A stretch of DNA of 64,000 nt from an uncultured Bacteroidota bacterium (GTDB lineage Bacteria; Bacteroidota; Ignavibacteria; UBA10030; UBA6906). Below are positions 52,222-62,081 of the stretch, piece by piece (the stretch's first letter is position 1; each line of letters begins with the position of its first letter). The DNA lies in NCBI GenBank assembly GCA_963700635.1, contig CAVOYH010000003.1, positions 1,728,001-1,792,000 on the forward strand, read 5' to 3'. Below the pieces are notes generated by a model. That model was not told the origin of the DNA. It saw nothing but the letters and a program-made list of their open reading frames with translations, and did not search any database. Both the position numbers and the translations under genes were made by a program.

Positions 52222-53586
52222 TTACCAGGTTCGCCGGATCGGGTGCGCTTCCGTATTGAAAATCACCGCATCGAAGTCAATCGTTTCGGGAGGCGCGAAG
52301 AGCAGATAGAGATATTTCATCGTTTCGGCCAGGAAATAGCTCTCCATCCTGTCGGACTTCTCTTTGGTAATAACGCTCTTCAGCTCGGCATAACCGGCGT
52401 CCACACGGCAATACGTCTTGAGACTGTCGAAGAAAATCTTCCCCATCTCGAGATACCGTGGTTTGCCGGTCTTCCGGTAGAGATAATACGCGGACTCAAT
52501 GATTTCCGGATTCAGGAAGAACCGCGGTGATACGGCCTCCATCTTTACATAGTCGAAGGTTTCCGGTTCGATGCCATGGCGTTGCCACATCTTCAGACAC
52601 GATTCCATGAGCTCTTCCGCGCGTTTCACATCGCCCGCAAGGGCGAGGACTGCGGGGTAGAAGGCGTCGAGTGCGCCGAAGATGGTCTTCGTCCGTTTGC
52701 CGGTGTTCATGTCCGCGTGGCCGTACCAGAGTCCCGATGCGACCGTGTCGGCGACATACGTGTTGAGCGCCTCGTACGAGTCACGCCACATGATGCTGCA
52801 GTCCTGGTCGCCGAAGAGGTAGCCACACTTGACCATGTATTCATAGTAGGAATCGATACAGGCGCTGATGTGGCTGTCGGTTCTGGTCCATTCGCCTGTT
52901 TCGCAATCGAGCTGGTCTCCGACGAGCCCGATGGAGGACCGTGCTTCGTACACATTGAGGAAGGCGTTCTTAGCGTAGTTGTAATAGCGGCTGTCGCCCG
53001 TGAGCATGCTCAGCGTTCCGAACTCAACGAGAAGCGTCCCTATCTCTCCAGGATTCGTCTTCGTGCCGCGCACGGCCCCGGTCCTCAGGTTGACATCGAC
53101 GTAGGGATAGCCGGTCGGGGATTTGAACGCCGGTAGGAGGCGATCGCCAAGGTCTTTCGCCAATGTCAGCAGACGCTCGTCCCCGCTGAGCTGATAGTTG
53201 GAAAGTAGTCCGCCAAGCATCCGGATGGTGATTTCGAACACTTTGACATACATGTCTTTGTCGAACGAGAGATTGCGGACGATGAATTCCCGCGTACTGT
53301 CCGCTTCATCGTTCAGCCCCATCAGGACCATGGTATCCATTGCGTCCAGGGGGGTCAGATACAGGGGCTCACTGTACCAGTCGTACGGCGTCTTGCTGAG
53401 TGGCCGGAGGCCATCGTGCCCCCAGGCGTAGGTTTTGTAGGCATTCCAGGAGTGAAGGAACTCGGCTTTGACCTCTTCTGCGAGACGGGCTTTGGTAGTA
53501 TCGTCAATGACCCCTTGTGCAACAAGCGGTGCAGCGGTACACATGATGAGGCAAAGAAACACGAAAATCATGAAGAGCAAACGCAT
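52222..53586 (-). CDS. Glycoside hydrolase family 47 (class I alpha-1,2-mannosidase)
   Basis: YAWGHD, VFEITIRMLGGLLS, IDSYYEY, PEIIES, MESYFLAETMKYLYLLF, FNTEAHP; signal peptide. Confidence 0.93.
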   Translation of the reverse strand: MRLLFMIFVFLCLIMCTAAPLVAQGVIDDTTKARLAEEVKAEFLHSWNAYKTYAWGHDGLRPLSKTPYDWYSEPLYLTPLDAMDTMVLMGLNDEADSTREFIVRNLSFDKDMYVKVFEITIRMLGGLLSNYQLSGDERLLTLAKDLGDRLLPAFKSPTGYPYVDVNLRTGAVRGTKTNPGEIGTLLVEFGTLSMLTGDSRYYNYAKNAFLNVYEARSSIGLVGDQLDCETGEWTRTDSHISACIDSYYEYMVKCGYLFGDQDCSIMWRDSYEALNTYVADTVASGLWYGHADMNTGKRTKTIFGALDAFYPAVLALAGDVKRAEELMESCLKMWQRHGIEPETFDYVKMEAVSPRFFLNPEIIESAYYLYRKTGKPRYLEMGKIFFDSLKTYCRVDAGYAELKSVITKEKSDRMESYFLAETMKYLYLLFAPPETIDFDAVIFNTEAHPIRRTW

Positions 53587-53673
53587 GGGGTACCTTTCCA
53601 GACCATTGGTGGGATGAAACAATATACATAAAGAAAGAGCCAGGATAAACAGGGGCCCTCCCTCCCACGGCAG

Positions 53674-56292
53674 CTACAAATCCCTCATCAGCGAGAGCAT
53701 TACCGTAACATTCCAGGGGATGGTAATAGTGGGGGCGAGTTCCCGGCCTGCGGCGTCCCGGAATCCCGCCGCACGGAGGGACTCCAGGTGCACCACCGTG
53801 GCTCCCGATCGAACCCTGCCCGGGGGGCTCGTGACGGTGAGGGTGGCTGATCGGCCGTCGGGCGAGACAGTCAGGTCGACGGAGACCGGACCGAAGGCGG
53901 TCCCTCCGCCGCTCATGCTCGTGCGCATGCCGGGCGAGAGCCATTGCAGGGGAAAACCGTCCATCAGCATCAGGGAATCGGCTCGTTCTGTCGCAAGAAA
54001 CATACGGACAGCCTGATAATAGAATGCCGATGCCTCCGCATTTGAGGCATCGCCGGTTGTGCGGGTCCCGCGGGCGCGGGGCTGTTGCTCTTCGACCCAG
54101 GTCCCGAGGGGCGTCGCATGGTCGGCGTACGCCTGGACCAGCTCATATGCCATGCTGTCGTTGCCGACCGTATGATGGGCAAGTGCATGAATGCCTCCCA
54201 GCCACGGCCACACCCCGTCATGCAGCCAACCGCTCCCGAGAATGATTCCTTCTTCCCGTGAGGCGTCCAGCATTGCGAGATTGTCCCGGATGATCTCCTG
54301 AAGCAATGGAGTTCCGTCCCGGAAGAACGCACCGTACGGAAGTGGCAGGAGGAATGCGTATTGACCGCGTTGCGGCGGTAGGCCCGACGTGGTGTCGCCA
54401 ATCGTGATGGGAAGATATGGCCTGCCGGCGGCGTCCATCCGCCGGTCGCGTTGTGCGGCGACCAGGAATGCCGCCTTCATCCGCTCCAGCCGGTCCGCCC
54501 ACATGTGAATGTCCTTTCGGATGCCCAGGCGTTTTGCCGCCGCGAGAGCATGTTCGAGCGCTATCATCGCCCACCAAGCGGTTCCGTAGTCGGCCGCCAG
54601 GTGGGAAATGCCGCCATCAACGAACCCCGGCGGCATGAGACCGGCATAGGGGAGAGTGGGATCATCCATCGTGTGATCGCTCATATGCACCATCCATGTG
54701 ATCCCCTGGACCAGTGCTTTCCAGTGTCCACGAAGCCATGCATCGTCGCCGGAGAACTGCGCGTACCGGCACATCATGACCACGAACAGAGGAGTTTCGG
54801 CGAGTGACGTTCCCGGGCGGAGGCTCACGAAGCGGCCGGACGGAGACTGGAACCGGAGGCCATGCTCCAGCGCCAGCCTGACTCCTCCTGTGTCCCCGGC
54901 CATGAGCGATGTGCTGCCGCTGATGAAGACATCTCCGAGCCAGAGACCGCGGTAGACCGTGGGGCCGGGCTGGAATTGGATACCGCCGTCCACGATGTCA
55001 CGAACCTGGTAGATATTGCGGATGCTCGTCTCGAGCAGATACTGGAGACGCGGATCGGGAACAGTGATGCAGCTCTTCGGGACGGGTGCGCGATGCAACC
55101 AGTATCGCTGCGCACGTTCTCGCTCCAGAGAAAGATCGGGTACCGTGACCGGCGCGCCACCGGCTGCCGCTCCTTGAATGACGACACCGTCAAGTTTCCT
55201 TGTTCCGGCGGGGTAGTGCAGCGTGAGCGTGTCTCCCGACGATGATGCCAGGGCAGGTGGGGGCCGGGTGACGAGAAACGGGACGCCGTTGCACGTGACG
55301 GCTCCGATCGTCGCGTCGAACATCAGCGGGCGGGACGAACTGATGCGGACAGCCGGATCGCGGTCGCAGTCGGGGAGAGAGGCCCGGAACGCATCAATTC
55401 TCGGGATGGGGGCGAACTCTTCGAGTTCGCTTCCACACTGCCAGAAAAGCCCGGCGTGCTGCTGCGGATCACCGTGGATCAGTCGATCCGGATCGATTGG
55501 TGCTCCTTCCGGGAAAACCCAGAAGGCATTCAGGATGATATTCGGATCGGGGCTGTCGGGTGCGGCATGAACGCTGATCCGAAGTTTGCCATCACGGTCT
55601 CCGTCCCATCCGTCCAGAACGTACACAGACGGTCTGTTCTTGACGCCGTCCGCAAGGGGGTCAACGGTTCGTGATTCTCCTCCCTCAACTTCCAGCGTGA
55701 GCAACCGTGCGCCGGGAGTCGACTTGTACGCCTCACACAGCCCGAATGCCACGCGTTTGTGCGAACCGGGTTGTACCTGAACCTGGTACAGGATGGATCG
55801 GTTGTTCCCCCACGCGACCCCGCGAAACGCAGGGTCCGTTCCCGGTGGAGGAGTCGCCCACCAGCGCATGCCATTCAGCCCGTTCGTCCGCGAAACCGAT
55901 CCCCGGCCGGATCGCATTGGAAGGAGAGAGTCGCCGGGCGGAATCAGGGCAAATGTCTCCAGATGCAGCGTGTCAGCTCCACACGCCAGCTGTGTGAGCG
56001 CGATCGGGATGCGGGGGTCCTCGTAGTACTGTTGCAGAAGAACCGGCGTGGACCCTTCCAGTCCGACGGTGATTTCCGTAAACGGGCGCGCATACGGGCC
56101 CGGGCCGAAATCGTATGCCAGCCCGCCTGTCTCCGTCACAAGTGTTTTGTGCCAGTCGTCGGGGAGAGAGATCGCATTGAGGTGATGAACCGGTGCGAAT
56201 GGAAACCGGAGATCTGTGGTCTGCCCCGAAAGTATCGGAGTGGCAAGAACGGTTGTTCCGCCGATCAGGATTGCTGCTATGGGTGTGCGCAT
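53674..56292 (-). CDS. Secreted putative six-hairpin glycosidase with a malectin-like insert
   Basis: Signal peptide; beta-sandwich segment (GLCE...LEVEG...ILNAFWVF); ITVPDP...QPGP.VYRGLW.GD followed by repeated amphipathic helices. Confidence 0.65.
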   Translation of the reverse strand: MRTPIAAILIGGTTVLATPILSGQTTDLRFPFAPVHHLNAISLPDDWHKTLVTETGGLAYDFGPGPYARPFTEITVGLEGSTPVLLQQYYEDPRIPIALTQLACGADTLHLETFALIPPGDSLLPMRSGRGSVSRTNGLNGMRWWATPPPGTDPAFRGVAWGNNRSILYQVQVQPGSHKRVAFGLCEAYKSTPGARLLTLEVEGGESRTVDPLADGVKNRPSVYVLDGWDGDRDGKLRISVHAAPDSPDPNIILNAFWVFPEGAPIDPDRLIHGDPQQHAGLFWQCGSELEEFAPIPRIDAFRASLPDCDRDPAVRISSSRPLMFDATIGAVTCNGVPFLVTRPPPALASSSGDTLTLHYPAGTRKLDGVVIQGAAAGGAPVTVPDLSLERERAQRYWLHRAPVPKSCITVPDPRLQYLLETSIRNIYQVRDIVDGGIQFQPGPTVYRGLWLGDVFISGSTSLMAGDTGGVRLALEHGLRFQSPSGRFVSLRPGTSLAETPLFVVMMCRYAQFSGDDAWLRGHWKALVQGITWMVHMSDHTMDDPTLPYAGLMPPGFVDGGISHLAADYGTAWWAMIALEHALAAAKRLGIRKDIHMWADRLERMKAAFLVAAQRDRRMDAAGRPYLPITIGDTTSGLPPQRGQYAFLLPLPYGAFFRDGTPLLQEIIRDNLAMLDASREEGIILGSGWLHDGVWPWLGGIHALAHHTVGNDSMAYELVQAYADHATPLGTWVEEQQPRARGTRTTGDASNAEASAFYYQAVRMFLATERADSLMLMDGFPLQWLSPGMRTSMSGGGTAFGPVSVDLTVSPDGRSATLTVTSPPGRVRSGATVVHLESLRAAGFRDAAGRELAPTITIPWNVTVMLSLMRDL

Positions 56293-56347
56293 AGTATCAA
56301 TGATAGTGGGGCCAGACTCCGTTCCATGACATGCTGCCGCGGTGACG

Positions 56348-57826
56348 CTATCGGGCGAGGGTCAGGTGTAGATGAGCGACCGCCATTGGTGGCAGAACAA
56401 ATCTCATTCGTTCCCCTTCCAGCGAAACGTCAAAGGGTTGGGGAACAATGATGCCGGGATTGCTGAACGTGTTACAGGCATTCAGATCCGGATGTGTAAG
56501 AATTCTTCCCTCCGCGCGGAGCGCCCTTGCTCTGTCGAGCACGATGACGACGCGTTTCTCTTCGATCGGGTCGGGGTTCACGATGGTGCACAGGACGGTC
56601 CCGTCATCGCGCGAGGATGAAACGGACAGTTCCCGCGCGGGAACAGCAGGGCACTCGCTCTGAAGGGCAGTGGTATCCCGATGACCGCGCATCAATGCGA
56701 ACGCATGATAGGTTGGTGTCCGTATGCACGAATCGCCCTGCGTGAGCAGGGGGGCCTGAAGGACGTTGGCTATCTGTGCGAGGTTGCACATTGACAGTTT
56801 ATCGGCCTGGCGGTGGAATACGTTCAGGCCGAGGGCGGCAGCGACGGCGTCTTTGATCGTGTTCTGTTGCCAGAAACGCCCGTTCTGCTTCTCAATCTCC
56901 GGTTCGCTGAGGTCCCACGTGCCCCACTCGTCAACCAGCAAGTCCACACGCTCCCGTCCCGGGAGGGGTGTGAGCGCATTGAGATAGGCCCGCTGCTCCC
57001 TGATTGCGCGTTCAAGATCATCGAAGGATGCGAGTTGTTCACGGGCCGTCTCCGGCGTGTACGCCGTCGCGGTGCTTTTCCCCCAGCTGTAGAAGTGCAT
57101 CGCAAAGCCATGAATCGGCGGTGCATACGACCGGCCTTTGCCGAGCGCGGTGAAGAATCGGCGGGTCCATTCCGTATCGTTGCTGTTCGGGCCGACGGCG
57201 ATGAGGTACGGAAGGGGTGTTCCGCAGGCCGGGACGAACGTAGCGAAGCGGGCATACAGGGCCGCATATTCTTCGGCCGTCATGTGTCCGCCGCACGCCC
57301 AGCTCTCGTTGCCAACCCCCCAATACTCCACGGGAAAAGGTGAAGGCGAACCGTTCGCCGTGCGTTCGTCCGAGAGCGTGCTGCCTGAAGGGAACGTGCA
57401 GTACTCCACCCAGTCGCGCAGTTCTGCAGGCGACCCGCTACCCATGTTTCCGGCGAGATACGCTCGGGCGCCAATACGGGAGCAGAGATGCATGAACTCA
57501 TGCGTGCCGAAGCTGTTGTCTTCGATGATGCCGCCCCATGAGTGGTTCACCGTGCGGGGCCTGGTGTGCGGAGGGCCAATGCCGTTCCGCCAGTGGTAGT
57601 TGTCTGCAAAGCACCCTCCCGGCCAGCGGAGGACGGGGACGGCGAGCTCCGCGAGGGCGTCGACGGCCGCGCGGCGAAGGCCATCGACATTGGGAATCGG
57701 CGAACCGCGGCCGACCCAGATACCGCCGTATGTTGCGCTCCCCAGATGCTCCAGAAAATGGCCGTGCAGTTCCGGCCGGATACGGCCGACGGGTTCTTCA
57801 GTGTGAATGACGACGGTTGCGTCCAT
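56348..57826 (-). CDS. GH51 alpha-L-arabinofuranosidase
   Basis: GHFLEHLG, LRWPGGCFAD, FGTHEF, WGVGNE, VDEWGTW, NLAQ..NVLQ. Confidence 0.95.
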   Translation of the reverse strand: MDATVVIHTEEPVGRIRPELHGHFLEHLGSATYGGIWVGRGSPIPNVDGLRRAAVDALAELAVPVLRWPGGCFADNYHWRNGIGPPHTRPRTVNHSWGGIIEDNSFGTHEFMHLCSRIGARAYLAGNMGSGSPAELRDWVEYCTFPSGSTLSDERTANGSPSPFPVEYWGVGNESWACGGHMTAEEYAALYARFATFVPACGTPLPYLIAVGPNSNDTEWTRRFFTALGKGRSYAPPIHGFAMHFYSWGKSTATAYTPETAREQLASFDDLERAIREQRAYLNALTPLPGRERVDLLVDEWGTWDLSEPEIEKQNGRFWQQNTIKDAVAAALGLNVFHRQADKLSMCNLAQIANVLQAPLLTQGDSCIRTPTYHAFALMRGHRDTTALQSECPAVPARELSVSSSRDDGTVLCTIVNPDPIEEKRVVIVLDRARALRAEGRILTHPDLNACNTFSNPGIIVPQPFDVSLEGERMRFVLPPMAVAHLHLTLAR

Positions 57827-57832
57827 AAACGA

Positions 57833-59197
57833 TCAGCTGTGGGATTTCCAGAATTGTTCGATCTCTTCGAGCGTCCTCCCCTTAGTTTCCGGTACGAAGA
57901 GTGCAACAAACGTGACCGTGGCCATACAGAAGAGTGCATACAGCCAGAAGGGGAAGGCATGGTGGAACAGATCGATCAGCCATGGGTCTTCATTGAGCAC
58001 CGGAAAGGTCTGAGACACAACGTAATTGGCGGCCCAGAGCAGGAGTGTGGCGATGCCCATGGCCCTGCCACGGATGCGTGTCGGGAAGATTTCGGACATG
58101 ACGACCCAGACGACAGGCCCGAGCGACAGCGCGAAGCACGCTATGTATCCGAGTATGAAGACGAGCACCCATGCGGCAGTGGTCCCTGAGAACGCCGCCC
58201 AACCGATTCCTGCCAGACAGAGCCCCATACCCGATGCTCCGATCATCAGAAGCGGCTTGCGCCCCAACCGGTCTACTGTTCGGATGGCAACGAGTGTGAA
58301 GAGGACGTTGAAGGCACCGACGACCACGGTCTGGAGAAGCGCTACATTTGATCCGGCCCCGAGCTGTTTGAAGATTTCGGGGGCGTAGTACATGAAGACG
58401 TTGATTCCGGTGATCTGCTGGAGAATAGCGAGGGCGATCCCGATCACCAGAGCCCTGCGCATTCCCGGGCGGAGGAGATCACGTGTCGAACTCCCCTCGT
58501 GTGCGAGGGCATCCCTGATGGCTTCGACGTCCCGGTCGGCGCGTTCAGGACTTCCCAGCCGCGAAAGAATCCGGTGTGCGTTCTCCGTTTGTTCCTGTTT
58601 GATCAGCCACCGGGGGCTTTCCGGGATCGTGAGGAGCGAAAGAAAGAAGAGCGAGGCGGGAAGGGTTTCCGATCCGAACATCCATCGCCATCCCCACGTC
58701 GTGTTCCACGTTTCGTCACCCAGGCCTGCGATGGCGTAATTCACGAAATAGACGATGAGAATCCCCAGGACAATGGCGAACTGGTTCAAGGAGACGAGAC
58801 GTCCTCGTATCTCCGCAGGTGCGATTTCGGCGATGTAGAGAGGCGAGAGCATGGATGCCATGCCGACGCCGATGCCGCCGAGGGCGCGAGCGATGTTGAA
58901 TTCGATGAGCGTCCCCGCAAGCGCGGACCATATGGCGGAGATGGTGAAGAGGATTGCGGAGAGAAGGAGTGCCCGCTTCCTGCCGAACCGGTCGCTCAGG
59001 CCTCCGGCAATGGCAGCGCCGAGGATGCAACCGAGAAGGGCGCTGGAGGCGGCGAAACCGGTTTCTGCCGCCCCGAGCGCAAAGTGGGCGCGGAGAAAAC
59101 CGATGCCCCCCGCGATCACGGCAGTGTCGTATCCAAAGAGCATCCCGCCCAGCGCGGCCACCATGCTCAGAAGTGTCGCGTAGGATGTGGGTTTCAT
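57833..59197 (-). CDS. MFS sugar porter (AraE/XylE-like)
   Basis: LFGYDTAVI, DRFGRK, PESPRWL, QQITGIN, PETKGRTLEEI. Confidence 0.95.
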   Translation of the reverse strand: MKPTSYATLLSMVAALGGMLFGYDTAVIAGGIGFLRAHFALGAAETGFAASSALLGCILGAAIAGGLSDRFGRKRALLLSAILFTISAIWSALAGTLIEFNIARALGGIGVGMASMLSPLYIAEIAPAEIRGRLVSLNQFAIVLGILIVYFVNYAIAGLGDETWNTTWGWRWMFGSETLPASLFFLSLLTIPESPRWLIKQEQTENAHRILSRLGSPERADRDVEAIRDALAHEGSSTRDLLRPGMRRALVIGIALAILQQITGINVFMYYAPEIFKQLGAGSNVALLQTVVVGAFNVLFTLVAIRTVDRLGRKPLLMIGASGMGLCLAGIGWAAFSGTTAAWVLVFILGYIACFALSLGPVVWVVMSEIFPTRIRGRAMGIATLLLWAANYVVSQTFPVLNEDPWLIDLFHHAFPFWLYALFCMATVTFVALFVPETKGRTLEEIEQFWKSHS

Positions 59198-59204
59198 TGT
59201 GTGG

Positions 59205-59978
59205 TCATCCAATCCACGATTCGCACCCGGCAAATGGCATGTGATCGTCTTTCCGGTAGCGCGGGCGCTGACGATACTCGTTGATTCCCGGAACCCCTTT
59301 TCCCCGGAGGAGGAAGGGGGCAGCCATTTCCGGTTTGAGGAGGCGCGTGGACGTGGGAATATACCGGATGGTCAACCCCATGCGCCATGCGTCGGATGTG
59401 TTCGCTTCCGATCCATGGACAAGATTCGGATGGTGAATCGAGACGTCTCCCGCCCGAAGAATCAGGTCGACTGCTTTCTTTTCATCCACGTGGTCGGGAT
59501 TCATCGATGAACCGAGGACGTTGTCAACGTCGGTCCTGGTCTGGACCGATTCAAGTGTGAGGTGCTGCGTGTGGGGAATGACGCGCATGCAACCATTCTC
59601 GGGTGTGGAGTCGGTTACCGCAAGCCACAGTGTCACGACTTCCATGGGGTCGAGTGGCCAGTAACTGCCGTCCTGATGCCACAGCACGGCCTGGCCGGTC
59701 CGGGGCGGTTTGCAGATGTAGTGGGTGGCAAACAGCGCGATGTCGGGCCCGACGAATTGCTGGGCGATGTCCAGCAGGCGATCGTCGCTGATCAGCCGGA
59801 TCCAGAACGGATCATCCCAAGCCAGATGGGCATGGAGTTGCTCCGGCCGCACGCCGGGGTTCTTTGCGATCAGCCAGTGCACGTGGCGCTGTGCCTCTGC
59901 CACCAGCCCGCTGTCGATCGCCTCGCGCACGATCACGTATCCGTCTCTGTCAAATGCTGCTTTGAGGTCTCCCGGCAT
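59205..59978 (-). CDS. PhyH-family Fe(II)/2-oxoglutarate dioxygenase
   Basis: F.RDGY, WHQD (HxD), ENGCMRVIP, HGS.AN.S..WR; SD GGAAGGAG before ATG 59978. Confidence 0.92.
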   Translation of the reverse strand: MPGDLKAAFDRDGYVIVREAIDSGLVAEAQRHVHWLIAKNPGVRPEQLHAHLAWDDPFWIRLISDDRLLDIAQQFVGPDIALFATHYICKPPRTGQAVLWHQDGSYWPLDPMEVVTLWLAVTDSTPENGCMRVIPHTQHLTLESVQTRTDVDNVLGSSMNPDHVDEKKAVDLILRAGDVSIHHPNLVHGSEANTSDAWRMGLTIRYIPTSTRLLKPEMAAPFLLRGKGVPGINEYRQRPRYRKDDHMPFAGCESWIG

Positions 59979-59994
59979 AGCTCTCCTTCCTCGA

Positions 59995-60011
59995 TGTACT
60001 AAGGGAGTACA
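59995..60011. promoter_or_regulatory. Candidate operator palindrome upstream of the PhyH-GH51 operon
   Basis: TGTACT-AAGGG-AGTACA perfect 6-bp inverted repeat 17 bp from the start codon. Confidence 0.4.
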
Positions 60012-60143
60012 AAGAATATCCCAATAATGCAACGGCGTTTACAATGTGGAACGGGGTGATGGGCGGCCATGACAACGTGAATCACTCTCTACGCCGAGAA
60101 CGGAGTACACATACGGGATCATGGGAGGACACGTCAGTGATGA

Positions 60144-60185
60144 GCGCGGCTCTCGCCGGCAACGGAATGCCGGTGAGAGCCGCGC
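60144..60185 (-). terminator. 18-bp GC-rich hairpin downstream of the Spy-like gene
   Basis: GCGCGGCTCTCGCCGGCA / TGCCGGTGAGAGCCGCGC with a 6-nt loop; no clear U tract. Confidence 0.55.
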
Positions 60186-60213
60186 CCGGATCACTTCATG
60201 CAAAGCGGAAAAT

Positions 60214-60588
60214 CTACCGGGGACCTTCCCGTTCCGGCCCACCCATGCCGGGACCCCGCCGGTTCTTCTTGGACTCTTGGTACTTGGTCTTCTGCTCGGG
60301 CGTCAGCAGCGCTTCGATCTTCTTGTCGGTTTCCTGCGTGCGTTTGCGCCCTGCCTCACGCATCGCTTCGCGATCCTCACCGGCCTTGTCGCGCATCTTC
60401 TGGCCTTCGGCCCACGAATTCATCAGGAGTGTCTTGACCTTTGCTGCCTGGGCATCGGACAGGCCCAGAGCCGTTCTCAGGCGGTCAACGCGGCCGGCGA
60501 TCCTGGATGTGTCCATCTGGGCCAGGGCCGACATTGCCGGGAGGAGGAGAATTGCACACATAATGAACAACAGCTTCCTTGCACGCAT
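60214..60588 (-). CDS. Spy/CpxP-like periplasmic protein
   Basis: Signal peptide; LGLSDAQ and LLTPEQ (LTxxQ) motifs; Arg/Gly-rich tail. Confidence 0.82.
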   Translation of the reverse strand: MRARKLLFIMCAILLLPAMSALAQMDTSRIAGRVDRLRTALGLSDAQAAKVKTLLMNSWAEGQKMRDKAGEDREAMREAGRKRTQETDKKIEALLTPEQKTKYQESKKNRRGPGMGGPEREGPR

Positions 60589-60653
60589 AGCGAATGCCTT
60601 TGTTGTAAGAGACCTTGGATGAAGGGGACGGATCACATCCTCCCCGATGCGCT

Positions 60654-60683
60654 ATGGACAATCGTCGCCTTCCCGGGGTTTAA
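60654..60683 (-). promoter_or_regulatory. Putative ECF sigma promoter
   Basis: Minus strand TTAAACC...GTCCAT (AAC/GTC type) upstream of a Spy-like gene. Confidence 0.4.
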
Positions 60684-60751
60684 CGGCTCTGCCGGATCGG
60701 CCAGGCCAGATCTCAGGGGTCCCGATCTATGTGGCGGGGCTCCAGGCATAG

Positions 60752-61957
60752 TCACGTCCTGCCAGTAGGGGGCCCGGCCGCAGCCAGTTCGCCGAGAAGT
60801 TGCGAGGCCAGGAAGAGACACCGCGGCGTGTGGAAACACCCCTTCCATTTCCCTCCTTTCAGGGGAAGGAGAATCTCGCCACGACGGTTCAAATACCCCC
60901 ACCATTCACCGTGGCCGGGATCTGCGAACCGTTCCCAGGTGTATGTATGAACGCGCTCAAACCACGTCCAGCATTCCTTTCGCCCTGTGAGGGCGAATCC
61001 CATCGCGAGCGCCACCAGGGTCTCGAGATGGACCCACCAGAGTTTCTGGTCCCATTCCATATGCGAGGGGGGCTTTCCGCGCGCATCCAGAAATGCGTAG
61101 ATGCCGTCGAATTCAGGGTCCCAGGCCCGATCGAGGATACGGAAGACCGTATCGGTGGCCTTTTCGATGAGCGCGCTGTCTCCCCGCGACCGTGCAAGAT
61201 CCATGAGAAACCACATGCCTTCAATCCCATGTCCCGGATTCAGGAGGCGTCCTTCAAACGTGTCGGGGTGAGAGCCGTCAGGGGCCACATGTTCGAACAC
61301 CAGTCCAGTTTCCTTGTCGATGAACAGCCCGACCACCTCGGCGATCAGTTCTTCCTCACGCGCGCGGATCTCATCCGGCGGGAACATCCAGCCCACTTCT
61401 TTCAGCACGTTCAGGAGGATCATGGGGAGCGCATAGGATTTCAAGGGCCGTGTCCACGACACGGTTTTTGTGTACGCTCCCTTGGGATGCTCCTTGCGTT
61501 TGAGGATGTTCTGAAAGGTCCGTATCGCGATATCCCGAGCTTCGTCGTTTCCCGATGCCAGGGCGAACTGGCTGAACGCAATCGCTGCAAAGCAATCGGA
61601 GAAGATGTTATAGGGTTGGACCAGCGGATCGCCGTCACGGTTGAGAGAAAAATACCACGCGCCTTCGCTGTCGCGCCCGTGGATGCGAAGAAAATCGTAT
61701 CCGTGACGTGCGGCATCGAGCCAGGCGCCGTTCTTCTGGAATCTGTTGTAGAGCATAGACAACGTCCAGACCTGTCGTGCCTGCAGCCAGACGAATTTGT
61801 CGGTGTCATACACGTTCCCGTCGCGGTCCAGGCAGGTGAAGTAGCCGCCATGGTCGTCGAGAGAGTGGCGCAGCCAGAATGGGAGCACGTCATTGACCAG
61901 TGCATCACGGTACTGACGTTCCAACACGGAAAAGGAGAAGTTCATAGGAAGAGCCAT
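60752..61957 (-). CDS. AGE family N-acylglucosamine 2-epimerase-like protein
   Basis: GGYFTCLDRDG, KFVWLQARQVW, NPGHGIEGMWF, KLWWVHLE, KWKGCFH (start 61957 or 61945). Confidence 0.92.
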   Translation of the reverse strand: MALPMNFSFSVLERQYRDALVNDVLPFWLRHSLDDHGGYFTCLDRDGNVYDTDKFVWLQARQVWTLSMLYNRFQKNGAWLDAARHGYDFLRIHGRDSEGAWYFSLNRDGDPLVQPYNIFSDCFAAIAFSQFALASGNDEARDIAIRTFQNILKRKEHPKGAYTKTVSWTRPLKSYALPMILLNVLKEVGWMFPPDEIRAREEELIAEVVGLFIDKETGLVFEHVAPDGSHPDTFEGRLLNPGHGIEGMWFLMDLARSRGDSALIEKATDTVFRILDRAWDPEFDGIYAFLDARGKPPSHMEWDQKLWWVHLETLVALAMGFALTGRKECWTWFERVHTYTWERFADPGHGEWWGYLNRRGEILLPLKGGKWKGCFHTPRCLFLASQLLGELAAAGPPTGRT

Positions 61958-62081
61958 GATTATGGAAAGGAAGGGGTCGTTCACCAGGTGCCGTGACTCC
62001 CGCACCCGGATACATCTGCTTATAGGAGGTCCCCCGGGGAACCTCTTGTCGTCGGACGCGCCGGTGAGATCGGGCGCGCGG

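Noticed and set aside
62017-62080. Two small GC hairpins between the Gfo/Idh/MocA and AGE genes as a riboswitch
   Set aside because: No recognisable aptamer consensus; more simply terminator or stability hairpins
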